Shown here: piece after piece, positions 1-12,673 of the stretch
How the letters are laid out: every line of letters starts with the position of its first letter
Position numbering within the stretch: the stretch's first letter is position 1
Origin: Balanoglossus misakiensis
Lineage: Eukaryota; Animalia; Hemichordata
DNA length: 64,000 nt
Direction of reading: 5' to 3'
NCBI GenBank assembly: GCA_040954595.2
Contig: CM082593.2
Span: forward strand, 3,055,434-3,119,433
Notes under the pieces: model-generated
Told to the model about the DNA's origin: nothing
The model's input: only the letters and a program-made list of their open reading frames with translations
Database searches by the model: none
Position numbers and translations under genes: made by a program

Positions 1-1531
1 AGACTGGATTGGTGAAATTCTCCCCCAAAAGAACTGTGGACATTTGCATTTTTGGACAAAGGGATTGTTAATTGAATCGAGAGAAAGGAAACAGTGCAAC
101 CATTAGTAATTTTTAGCAAAGTGTTTGATTCCAAGTATTGTAATATTGAGCTTCAGATTTAAAATGGCCGACTTGAAATAACTAGACAATTCGTTCCATA
201 AATGTCAATTTACTGTACGACTTTAAAGGACACATTTCACAAAGGCTGTAACTTTGTTTTTCGTTGCACAATTTTAGAAAAAAAGAGGGACTAAAGATCG
301 GTTAATGACAGGATTGCTGCACTTGGTTGTCAGCGCCATCTCGTTTGTCAGTTGCCAGGCAATTTTCTTCCCGCCCGCCGGTTGTTAGGTTAGTTGGTGA
401 GGTGTGATAGTCAGGCAATTTGAGGTATATTGCTTTTCAGTCGAAAAAAGGGCGACAACACTCATTTTTGAACGATCAGAGAGAGAGAAGGACAAAGAAT
501 CTGCTTGTCACTAGTGAGCGGTTGATGGAGTAGAAAAGTGATAAAACCAGGGGGAGAGGAGTGTGCGGTGAAAAACGATGACTCGGCGATGGCAGGGGAA
601 ATTAAAATCTGCCGGATGCTCGGGGAGTTTTCCGACACACGGCATCACTTTCTCTGACAAGGCATTTCAATCTTAGCCGAAGAAGAAAAAATTACCGCTG
701 GTGTCAAAGGTCGGCCGTGTCAAGGAGGCATTGGCGAACATTTTCACAGGTGACAGATTCGCAATTTGTCACTGTCAAAGAACGGAAAAGATCTTCAGAG
801 GGGTCTTCTCCGCTATCTGTGAAAATTAGAAAAAAAAGTTGCTTTTGAAATGATAGGTGTTTGATACAGGTGACTCACATCCTAAAGTGATTTCGACACC
901 ACAAGTAAAACAGAGTCAGTCAGAGAACTTGACAGATCCTAATCACACCATCTCGTTTATAGGATATGAGAGTAAAAATCTCGCCGAAATGAATAAATGG
1001 TAGAGACTGATTATTCATTTTTGGCGAGTTTTTCACTCTCGTGTCTACAAGCGGGATGGAAGGTGTGTGTGGTCAAACGTTGATTCACTATATATCCACA
1101 TGGAAATGGAAAAAGGGTAACGAGAGAGAGACTTTGTTCTCTCAGGCAAGACCAGACAAGACCATTATCAGAAAGTCGATTCAGCACTTTGATGAAAACA
1201 GACAGCGTACGCGCTTAATCACCAATTGAATAATTTGTGTTTGCTCCAATGATTACAAAACTTAGACTTGAGTCAGCAAAGTAGAGACCAGGAGTAATAA
1301 CATGAGTCACTAATTGAAACAGGTCTGTTTGTGGCTAACCTGATTTAGTCGCTGCTAAACAGGTTGTGGTCGAGTGAGTGGCGTATAAGACGAGCGCCCT
1401 CTCAAGTTAAACATTGTACAATAATTTAATTTGCGCCGACAAAGTGAAATTGAAAAAAAAATTGACAGACTTGATAAACATTTATTGAAAAATACCAGAG
1501 AACTAAATTTGTAAATGAATTTTTTTTTCAG

Positions 1532-4500
1532 TTGATGGTGGCTGGACAGAGTGGGACAGCTGGTCGAGGTGTAGTCCGCAATGTAATCATATCAGAAGTC
1601 GTACCTGCGACAATCCAAAACCAGATAACGGTGGAAAGCGGTGCGAGGGTCTGGACATGGAATCGCGCAACTGCACAGGGGAATTGTGCAAACGTAAGTT
1701 GTGATTTTCAGATAATGGCATGGCTGATACAAACCAAACCGCCACCCTGTAATTTTGAATCTCTGTTCTACCGCAAAGGATATTGATCGTTAGAACAGTG
1801 TCAAAACTCCCGATATTAGCGACAATTGTGATGTACTGAAATATGACAGAACATGCAGCAGTCCGGAGCGAGAATTCCGGACGATTGCTCGGCAAAATGA
1901 GAGTCATTTCCTGCAAAACTCTTCTAAGTGGGAAATCATGTCAAACTGCACAATTTCCATCGCACTTATTGTAGATTAGGTCTTTCTGCCGGATATTTCA
2001 TTTCTCCGGGAAAACTGTGCTAATCTGTGGATCATGTCCAAATGATTACGTTTGGAAGTCTGAATGCTGTGTCATTTTAAGCATAAAATTCCAACATTCA
2101 ACATCCTATTCAGTAGAGAGAATCGTTTGGGCGGTTGACAACTTGCAACTGTGAGTGAAAAGTACTCACTGTTGGTTGCCTTTCTTTCACCCCTGTTGCC
2201 ATTCTCATACCCTCTCACCACCACAGACCCATATTTTGAATCCTGTACCTGATCATAGTGAATTAGTTCTATTTTTGGCTCAGTGAAAACAAAATCAGCA
2301 GCAGTCATTAGTTGAAAATTGTGTTTGTAGATGCAATTTTGGATCAAATATCCTCAAACAGATCCTGTAATCAGTGGAATGTATGTTATAAAGCAACTGC
2401 TTTTAATGTTTCATAATACCTAGTTAGAATCATTATGGTATAAATTACATTACACTCAATATTTAGCCAAATTAAAAAAAACTAATTCCTCCCGCTCTCT
2501 TCCTTGCTTTCTTTCTACTTTTCCAGGTGCTGCTGGTGGACTTGCTGCGGATGGAAAAGGATCGGCGTCACACACGGAAGGGGAAAATGTCCCCTCAGAG
2601 CCTTCGGAAGGTACACTCAAACTCTGTTGATTTGTAACCCACAGTTGTAATTGTCGCTGGGTGATGTTTGTTTTTAAAACATTGTGTCCCCATAATACCC
2701 TTTATGAAGGGCACGTGTTATCGTAATAAAATTCCTGTTCTGAAATACAGTTGTGAAGATCTAAAACTGCAAATTTTAATGTTGTTTCTCTTTTTTTTGT
2801 CTTTCAGCCAAGAAGGATTCTGGTGATGGAATAGACCTGTACATTGGTATGGTGGTTGCCTGTGTGGTCTTCATGCTAGTCTGCATCTTCGTAGTCTATT
2901 TGATTCATCGGAAAGTCCGACGATCTGGTGTGTACATTGACATCAATGCTTCAGGTATATGTGGGTGCAAGTGAAAAAACAAAATGGCTGCCACATACGC
3001 TTCCCAACCAATCACGTTGCTCCCTCCCTAAGTGACCTTTGAACTCTGTTTATCCGGTCTTCCACTATCCCACAGCTTAAAGAATTTTCAAAAAATCAAG
3101 AAAGCATCATACTTGATCAATTTTATGTTTTTTTTTCAAGAATTAATCTCAGGACAAGATCATAATTGGACAAGAAAAATATTGTGACATACGTCTCACA
3201 AAACAGAGATTCAAAGTTTTAATCCTCATGGCCATGATCTTTTAGTATCGATTTTGCAAACCAGTGCGCGTAAACTCGGCCAACTGAAATGTGTCTAATG
3301 CGATTTTCTATCAGATTATGCCCAATGCGATTATCGCCTGTACAGCAATTAGACAAGTGGGTTACAGCTTAATTAGTTCATCAGTAATTCATTCAGGCCC
3401 CAATGATCATCTGGTCTGTGTTCTCAATCAGCACGACTATTCGTGTTCTCCTGTCAGTCAAAGCGTCCTATTTTCTACTCACTAATTTAATGACCGTTGA
3501 GGATTCACGATGTCACACCTTCCTTGCCACCGGACACAAGAGGCATAGCAACGATAACTTCATTATCTGGCTTTTTCATTCTCTCTAGATGCCACGTTAC
3601 CTGGCGTCGGGCAGAACAATATAAAAGGACACAAAATCGGTCAAGGTGTGATATTCTTGTTAACATTTGTCAGAAGCACATTTTTTTGCATAGTTACGCC
3701 ATTGCATTTTAAGTTTTGTTTTTGCAATAGTTGTGTGTGTTTAATCTTGAAGTGTGTGTCCGCTTGCTTACTGCTCCTAATTTGTATGAGAGTTCAACCA
3801 CAGATGAAACTCGGAAACTGCTATAATATCAGTCATGGCCATAATTCAAATATGGCCGTCACCTAGTACCTCCTCTTAGAAATTTAAGATTATGAAATCT
3901 AAAAGTTTCTTCAATTAATTTGCAGATAATACGCATATGGGTGTTTTGTCAGTTCAGCCAGATGTGACCCAGTCATCCATTGCCTTGCGAAATCAGAATA
4001 TCCTTCTGCCGAACCGAGAATTGGATGACAAGTTGATGATGATGAGCCCTCCCATGTACAGTGCTCCGCTCAATAAGGGAATGTTGTCGGATTCGTGTTC
4101 ACATTCGTTGACGTCGCCGCAGAGCGAGCATAAATACGAGAGTCTGCAGCCAGTGTCGTGCCCCGGCTGCTCGTCCATCACGCCGTCGCAGTTGTCGCCG
4201 CGGTCGTCGCTGGTGTCGTCGTGCTACTCGCCCGTGGCCCCGCCTGAGACGGAGATGAAGCCCGTGCACCCGCTGGACGACACCATGCTGCAGGAGAAAC
4301 TGGACAGTATCCGGGAGACGGACCTCATAGGCTCCTCCACCGACCAGTCGGTGAAAATCTTCCCCGAGACGGAGGACGAGTGCAACACAGAGAGGAGTTT
4401 TGGAACTCTAAAAAGCCTGTCGGATAGCGACTCCCGGCCGGTGTCCATGTACGACTCGGACAATTTAGCAAACTCTGTGTGCTCGCTTGCCAGTACTGCT

Positions 4501-6775
4501 CTCCCCACAAGCGTTGACCCACGCTGCATTGCTTGGGGCATGATGGGACACAGAGGTGGCAGACTGACAGTCCCAGACACAGGTAACGCTTGCCTCTAAA
4601 TCTGCAGTGTTTTCTTTGCAGCTACACATGTATCAAACAGTTATCCAATACAAAAAGTATCTTCAGCGTAAGGAGAAAGGTGAAATGTCTGTAGACGACT
4701 CTGTACCAGTAGATATCCATAACAAAATATGCTGAGAGAAAGTTGGAGATTTTAATTTGAAATTTCTCTCCCTCTCTCTTTCTCTTTCTCTTCCCCCCAC
4801 ACCCCCTCCCCTCCCTACCAGGTGTGAGTGTACTGCTGGCAGAAGGTGCTCTACTCAAAGGCCACACTGAGGAAATTTACATAGCTGTGTGTCGCGAAGA
4901 AAAGGATAGGCCGAAACTCAATCCCAAACAGACGATACTGAGTCCCATCGTCATGTGCGGGCCGCGCAACATCAACTTCAAGAAACCAGTCATCATCCAG
5001 ATACCACACTGTGCAAAATTAGACGAGGAGGAGTGGTCTTATGCCATCTATGGTAGCGATTCACATCCGGAAGAAATACCAAGATGGGAGGTACGGAAAA
5101 TCAGGGCACATACAACCATCTGAAATTCTCTTTAGACACTACTTTATTCCACATAAAATTGTTTAGCTTAGAACTTTGCCCTAACATACATGTTAACCCT
5201 CTGACATTGTGTTCGAATGTGTGTATTACAGAAACTTGTTACATTAGGGGAGGAAACAATAAACACACCACTATACTGCCAGATGGACCAATCACAGTGT
5301 TTCATTATGGTTGATCGCTTCTCCAAGTTTTGCCTGGTGGGTCAGTCGTATCCCGGCAGAGAAGCGGCCAAGATTTTGAAACTGGCGGCATTCGCTCAGC
5401 CGCTCAGAGCCATCGCAGACTACAATATCCGTGTGTATGTGGTAGACGACACGCAAGATGCGCTGGAGGTGAGGGGGCTTATTTTTTTTTTGATGTACAC
5501 AAATCAATGTGAGTCCTTATATTGATGAGAAAGTTGTTGGGCGCTAGAGGACATGATCTGAATGTTTAATATATTTAATTGTCCATTTTCCTTCAGGGTG
5601 TGGTTCAAGTGGAACAGAGGTTAGGTGGTCTCCTATTAGACAAACCCAAACAATTGGAATTCATCGACAGCGGTGCTAACATGTGTCTGAGTATTGAAGA
5701 AATCATGCCGGGCTGGAGGAGTAAACTAGCAGCCAATTATCAGGTGAGAGCCCTCTATAGGCAAGTTTTGTGGGAGACCCTTGTTTTTATCAACTTTACC
5801 CGATGTAGTCTAAGCCAGGAATTATATCAATCATGTATGTATGTTTGTTTTGCTTACATTACTGACTCGTTTTCTCTAGTCAGGCTCATAGTGGACACTG
5901 CTTGGTTGTATCTTCGTGAACTGTATTTGAATTTTTTTTTTACGGTTGTGTTTTTCAGGAGATTCCATTCTACCACATATGGAGTGGCAGTATGAACGCC
6001 TTGCATTGTGCCTTCAGTCTGGAGAGACTCGAACGCAATATTCAGAGAATTCAGTGTCAAATCACAGCGTACCAGTTGTCGGGCGGAATCGAGAAACAAG
6101 TCCTGCAGATTTCAACGCACGTGAATGAGGTGAGTCACCAGGGGCTTTTGTTGTCATTATGGGTTCTTACTGTTGGCAGTGTATTGCATGGTACAGTTGT
6201 AATATTACAGTGTGACTAACAGTTTTTCTTTTCCTGTGGCAGCAGAACCGATCCCAGTTTGCTCCCGAGATGTTGTACGGACACGGGCGGAGCCGCTCCT
6301 CCACAGTCACCACCAACTCCAGTTCCGGTTGCAGTTCCATGACGATGGATCCGCCCAGCACGGTGTTCCGGATCCCCCGGCCGACCAGGAATAAGCTGTG
6401 TGCGTGTCTGGATAGGCCCATGAAGAAAGGGAATGATTGGAGGTTGCTGGCAAGGCAGCTCAATGTAGACAGGTTAGCTTTGTTTTTTCTGCCTCCACCC
6501 CTGCCTTTCCCATGTATTTGACACTCAGAAATTTAATTAAACAAAAGTCAGATTTAATAATGTGCATTTAAAAAAATGATTTTTGTATGTTTTGCATTGA
6601 CAGGTACGTTAATTATTTTGCAACGAAACCAAGTCCTACGGAGCATATCCTTGATCTGTGGGAGGCACGCAACCGAGAAGACAGAGCCCTCACGGAACTC
6701 ATGCATCTGTTGACGGCGATGGGGCGTGGTGATGCTGTGGCCGTCATCGAGAAAGACATGGGGTCGTGGATGTGA
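1532..6775 (+). CDS. UNC5: Netrin receptor UNC5 family, 3' part (TSP1, TM, ZU5, UPA, death domain); 5' exons lie upstream of the window
   Basis: Phase-consistent GT-AG exons: 1532-1693 (TSP1, [26 protein letters not shown]), 2527-2610, 2808-2954 ([28 protein letters not shown]), 3589-3645, 3926-4582, 4822-5090 (ZU5, [21 protein letters not shown]), 5232-5468, 5597-5743, 5959-6129 ([15 protein letters not shown]), 6243/6246-6472 and 6604-6775 (death domain, [25 protein letters not shown]); stop TGA ends at 6775. Confidence 0.95.
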
Positions 6776-9700
6776 GGACATTTCTTCCGAGTCGAAATAT
6801 TGCGGGCGTCAGTATCTGATTGCCTCAAAGTCACAGTATCTCTTTTCTGGGAATAGGATCAAGTCTTCAAGGTTGCTTGTATAATATGCTTGCCTGTAAA
6901 GAATGCAAATGATCTCAAAAAAACAAGGAGGAGATTCGAGTCTTCTTGTCCCGAGAACAGAATTCAAAAAGATTGCTTAAAGTTTTAGAGGTCACTAGAT
7001 ATAAAAGATAACGATGAAGGCCGTGTGTTGTTGCACTTTTGAGCCAAGTTTGTTGTCGATGGAAATGATTTCTGTAAAAAATTGCATAATTGTTTCAAAG
7101 CTCAACAGACTTTCTTTTATATTTTGTACACATCTTTGTGGATTTGTCACAAACAGGAAACGTTTAACCCTCTCACAAATAGTGTCTGGTCTCCAAGCCC
7201 ATTATTTTCAATGGGTGTGGTTGGATCCACTTGTTGGAAATATAGGGGTGAAAGGGTTTAAGTAAAGTTTTGTGGGCACACTGACTGCCATTATTTTTTA
7301 AGTGTTCATGACTTGTTGATCCCCCCTCCCCGATATAAGAAGTAATTTTCCAGATGATGAAGAAGACGAGTATATGGCACATGTTCAACGAGAGTACTTT
7401 TTACATCGATCAAGTTTGAAGTTAGCAGAACAAATAATTTTGTGAGAAGTTAATGTATGTTACTGTGCTTAAATTAATGGAAGACTGTTTCATTCCGTTT
7501 AAAAAAAACATCACTTTTACAGTTTTATATATCTTTTCACACTTTGAGCCGATTTTGTAAATACTTCTATAAGGTGAGTAGTGGAAAATAAGTTTTTGAT
7601 ACCCCTGTATTGTGGACTGGTGGCAGCAGGCCAGGATCAGCTCTCTTTCTCTTTAGATATGGCTGGTTTTGCCATTAGTGAGATAAAAATTCCTGAACTT
7701 TTCTCATGAGATCTCTTAGAGAGGATATAGCCTTTGTATCTCGTCGTGTGGCTTCCTGTTGCTCTCTGTGATATTTAAAGGTGGACTTGATCGACAAAGC
7801 TTGTGAAGTCACGTGACGAGCACAGAAGCAAGGGATGGGATGGGGTGGATTTCAGTTTTGAAATTGGACATAGTACTGTTCTGCTTGTAATACAAATCAC
7901 ATTTATTGACCAACCCAAACACTCCAGTCTCAGATACTAGTAGGTTCAAAGTTCATATGTAGATTTTTTTGACCAATCAAAACACTCTAGTCAGATAGTT
8001 CGGTTTCATGTGTCAGTAGTGGTAATAATCATGTTATTTTCTTGTCAATGACGCAGGAAAGAAAATTTGGCAAGGGGATTTTACGCTATGATCTTGTTAA
8101 ATTGTTTTCCTTGGGCATCAGTGCTTTGGATGATGTCTTTTATGGTTGCATATGTTATGGTTGCTGTAGCAACCGCCTCTACTTCCAAGACTTTGTGTCA
8201 GGGCTTGTCCATTTATCCTGTTTTGGAAATTTATTTAGTTTATTTATAGTAAGAGAACGAAACATCTGCCTGTATAAATACATGTATAAAGTGAAGATTA
8301 TTGGTCTGAGCAATATCAGAAAAAGAAAAAAAATCTCAATTCTGAATGATCCAGTTTATTACAGAATTACTTGTTTGAAAAATTGAGATTATTATAAAAA
8401 GAAGAATTTAAGTTGTCATTTCTGTATGTAGCAATATATAGCAATATGCTTTCAGAGCAATGTAGTATTTATGATAAAAAAGTTAGTGTGGAAAAAAATA
8501 ATTATTGAACACTGCAAGTCGAAATGTGATGAGCTTGAAATCAAAAAGTGGGATCTGAGAGAGTCTTGTTGGTGAACTTGCCGATGAAGAATATTCCAGA
8601 CCTTGATATTTTGTGGAAACACTGGCAGACCTTGTAATTCAAAGTTAATCGCTTGGCACCTGTGATGTATTTATAACTGTTGGCAAAAATGTCAGCTGAG
8701 CGCTGTGGCAGTAAAATGCTGACCCCATCTTGTAGAAGGCTATCGTCCTGTGATTAAAAGTAGGTATATGTGTATAGCGCCCCCAGAGCCTGTTGTTGAT
8801 GACTTTGGGCGGCCATTTTGTAAATATTCACAAATGAAATGTTTCTTTCCACTTGTCAACATTGTTTAGTATAATTTTCACCAGTCTGTGCATATACATG
8901 TAGTTTCAATTGCGTCACAATTAAATTTGATTTGCATATTTTTTACTTGGTGGACAAATGTAAGCATTGAGAAATTGTGCTAAACAGAGACATCGAGACT
9001 TTAATTTTGTTTGTCTGTTATGCCACTCTGCTGTTTATGTTGGCGCTTGTATGTCCTGCCTGGAGCTTAGTCTATTTGTTGTAAGCACACAACTGCAAGG
9101 TGTTTTTTTTCAGTGGAATAACCCGTACAGGTACAACATTATGATGGGTCCCCCTTTAGCATCGCCCCTCCCCCCCCCCCCAAATAATGGGGGGGGGGGT
9201 CCATGTCTTATGGTGTGTTTTGCCTGTCTGTAAAAAATGGCGATAAAAAAATCACAGAGTGCATTTATAGTGTCAATTTAAATTCTGCTTGAAATGATCA
9301 ACATAACTTTGAGTCATCAAAAGATATGCATAAAAATATTAAAAAGAAAGAATTTAAGGCAATGAACACTAGTGGACATCAAGACCACTGAAGGCTTAAA
9401 GAAAACTCCTTGAAATTTGAAATATTTGAGCAAAACTCGTCATTTGCAAACTTTTTTTTAATGTTAGTCCTTTGACTTATAAATTTACCCCCTTGCTTGT
9501 ACTCACAGCCACCCCTTCATTCTAATGAAACTGGCCATTTACATTACAAAAGTGGGTAGGTTGATGAGAGAATAATTCTTGCCATTAACAGGAAACACAC
9601 CTTGTTCCACCACACAACACACTGTGAAATCTGTATGCAGAAATTTTCATTAGTTGCTAGAGTCACTTTTGATCAGTTACCAACCAATGTTAGTGTAATT

Positions 9701-9835
9701 CTTGCAGTGGTTAATTTTGTCAGTAGTTTGTTGATTTTTTTGTTGCCATGGTAGCTGTATTTGTTGATGCTATCAACCCAGTTGCTCCTTTTCCTGTATA
9801 TATATTCGAATAAAGAGGCTTTATCATTGTCAATA
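6776..9835 (+). other. Putative long (about 3 kb) UNC5 3'UTR ending at polyadenylation signal AATAAA 9809-9814
   Basis: Non-coding AT-rich stretch after the stop codon; AATAAA at 9809-9814 is followed by a T/GT-rich downstream tract. The end point is inferred. Confidence 0.5.
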
Positions 9836-11362
9836 TAAACAATTATGGCTGAGCGTCCTCATTTCTGTACATTGTTACGTAGGAGAAGTTTTTCTATTGT
9901 TTTTGTGGCCAGGTGCGCCTATGTTTATTTCTTTATAATTTAACATATTAGCGTGACCAGGTGTTAGTTTTTGGTCGTATCAAAACCATCCAGTGCCACG
10001 TTGTCGGGTGGCACATTTTGATTCTGGTCTGGTAGCTGTGCCGTCGCCTTGGAGGAGTTTTGGGAGCCCACCGTACGGAGTTTGCCTGTCGACTGTGGTA
10101 AATAGACTGGTTTGTTGTACGTGTGCTGTCTTTGACCATTTCAAAACCACTCTTCGTAAAAAAACAAGAATAAGTTTGGGCCTAACTTCTATTTTCAGAA
10201 CTGGTTCAAAACCCGCAACACGCGTTAGGCTACCCCTCGCCTTCGTTTTTGCTCGATTCCTGTACCACGTATCGGTCCATGCTTGCAGACAGTTTACCAA
10301 ATCTTGATAAACTGAAACGAGACGGAGACTTGAATTGGAAAGTTCTTTTGATAGAGCTCTCCTTTTATTACCTCAGAACTCACCTGAGATAATTGTTATC
10401 GCTTTTTCTGTGTTTGTGTCTATCTGTTGTTGGCACGATATGATCAGATTTTGATCAGCTTTGACGTAGCTATATTTTGGAATGACGAGAACTGATTAGT
10501 TTTTTGGTGACAGTGGGCAGTGAATTATGTAAAAAGAAAAAAGAAAAATCGCCGTCATGCAAGACGTCAAGACACTCCAGGTGTATGGCTTATTGGGACA
10601 TCACACCCATTTTGTATCTTATTCGCACGTGTTTAGATGCCGATGATACTTACTTAAATATAGGACCCTTCATCGTTCGAAAATTCTTAATGAACTTATT
10701 TTAGTTTGAAATGAAGATACTTTTAAAAGTTGCAGCTCGTGCTTTTAAAGTTTCGATGGCTATAACTTTCTGCTGTGGTTTTATGTATTTTTGTTTTGTG
10801 TATTCTGTGGTCAAATCTTCGGGGTGGAATCCAAGTTCCTTCCGCAAAAACTAAACACAGACCACATGGCACAAGAGCTGCCACGTACTGTTTATAGAAA
10901 TTTCACGATTTTAGTGACTTTCAACTTTCCCAAGACTTACTGAGAGGTCGGTGTAAACCCGAAAACAAATTTAAATTCATTACATTTTCCAATATTTGGA
11001 CATTCCGTATATATTTGTGGATTTTTTTGGATGGTTGATTTATTTTATTTTCAGTAACACGTTTACTTGCCTAGTTCATTTATGAATGTGTAGGCCCCTA
11101 CACTGCTATTGTGCAAGGGAACAAGAGCTTCCGATTGTAAAAGTCCTGACCCGATGTGACCGATAACCTTACTTGATCTCAACGTAAAAAAACATGTGAC
11201 CTGTTATTTATTACCTAGTCACGCGGGGTATTTTAACAGACGTGCGTTTTCCCCAGTTCTACACGTCATAAACAGCAAAGGCAGTTAAAAAGGAAAGCTA
11301 TCACGTGGCTGAATCTCGGGACAGTTGATTTTCGGTTTCTCGAAAGTAATATTTTTGCAAGC

Positions 11363-12673
11363 ATGGAGAAAAATGTGGCACCAGAACAAAACGACACTGA
11401 AGGTGAGGAGGCTCACGTGATGAAGGGCACACACTGTCCTTCACCCCCGGGGTCACCCCATTTCCCTTGCCCACAAACTTGGACGTTGTTGGTAGGGGGC
11501 GTAGCTGGTAACAGTACCTCAACCCTTTCACCTATCTGCATTGCTTCAGTGCTGTCCGCGTGTTTCAAAACTGAGCCTCAATCTATATTTGCATTTTGAA
11601 GGTCTAAATATATACCACAGGTGGCTTTCCATAGGTCATAGGCGATATGATACATGGTATGATACTGAATTCTTTTCTGAAATAATTTTCAGCTCGAAAA
11701 GAAGAAATCATCCAATTAACGAAAACGCTTATTAATGCCATCTCCTTGAGGGACTGCGAAACGTATCTGTAAGTATTTCTGGTCGTAGTGTATACAGCAA
11801 GCATTTGGGTCTATTACTAGGAATTGACATCAGAATTGGGTTCTTGTTTTGCAATTCAATCACATTTTGTGAAGGTTTTTGGTTTTATGAGTAATTATAA
11901 TAATGTCGGAAAGTTAGTTTCCCATATTTGTGTGACATTAAGTAATGGACCCCTTTCTGTTATTTCTAAGTAAACTGACCGACGCAAACCCCTCTTGCTT
12001 TGAGCCGGAGACTATGGGTGATCTCGTCGAGGGATTAGACTTTCATAAATTCTTTTTCAACAACCGTAAGTGAATATTTTTAATAGGCAAATGTCTGAGA
12101 TGGGTTGGTGCAATGGGAGAATGGCTAGAAAGCCTACTTCTGCTCTTGTCATTTTCATGAAATTATTAGCCTGATATAGCATTTAAATTCGTTCTTCAGT
12201 TCCTAAACTTTCACCCGAGGAATGTGTGACCACCATGGTAAACCCTCTCGTACACTTGCTGTCCGATGACATAGCCTGCATTGCTTATACAAGACTGCGA
12301 CAAACTATGACTGGGTAAGTTTGCTGTAGGGGCTTACATTTAGGGGCCCATTCGCCATACTGAGATTGTAATCTAGCTAGGGGGTCTAAGTGGATGTTGA
12401 TGCCAGTTCCCCTAGCAAGGTTAGCTACATCTCTGTACATACGAAGAATGTAAAGGCACAGTGTTTATTGTGCAGTAAAAAACTTGAAATTCAGAAAACA
12501 ACTGCCTGGGGTATTATTGGTTGATTGTCTGATGGTTTCTCTTTATTCTTTTCCTTCAACCATGCAGGCCGAATAGTTATCAGACTGCAAAGTCCAATGA
12601 AACTCGGGTCTGGGTAAAGAAAAATGGCAACTGGCGAGTTGTGCATGTTCATCGCTCAAATTCTACTATCTGA
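11363..12673 (+). CDS. Stand-alone CaMKII association (hub) domain protein, kinase-less, 143 aa
   Basis: Exons 11363-11402 (MEKNVAPEQNDTE; Kozak agcATGG), 11693-11768 (ARKEEIIQLTKTLINAISLRDCETYL), 11971-12065 (KLTDANPSCFEPETMGDLVEGLDFHKFFFNN), 12200-12314 (LPKLSPEECVTTMVNPLVHLLSDDIACIAYTRLRQTMTG), 12568-12673 (PNSYQTAKSNETRVWVKKNGNWRVVHVHRSNSTI*). All introns are GT-AG and the 432-nt frame is open. Internal exon sizes 76/95/115 nt match the CaMKII hub exons at 61913-62503. Confidence 0.9.

Noticed and set aside
9846-11340. Kinase exons or another coding first exon for the hub-only gene
   Set aside because: No kinase motifs found, and ATG 9846 overlaps the putative UNC5 polyA region. A non-coding upstream exon using the AAG at 11359-11361 remains possible.
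11693-12673. Hub-only locus as a processed pseudogene or assembly duplicate
   Set aside because: Introns are retained at homologous positions, the frame is intact, and the sequence is too divergent (about 49% aa) to be an allelic or assembly copy.
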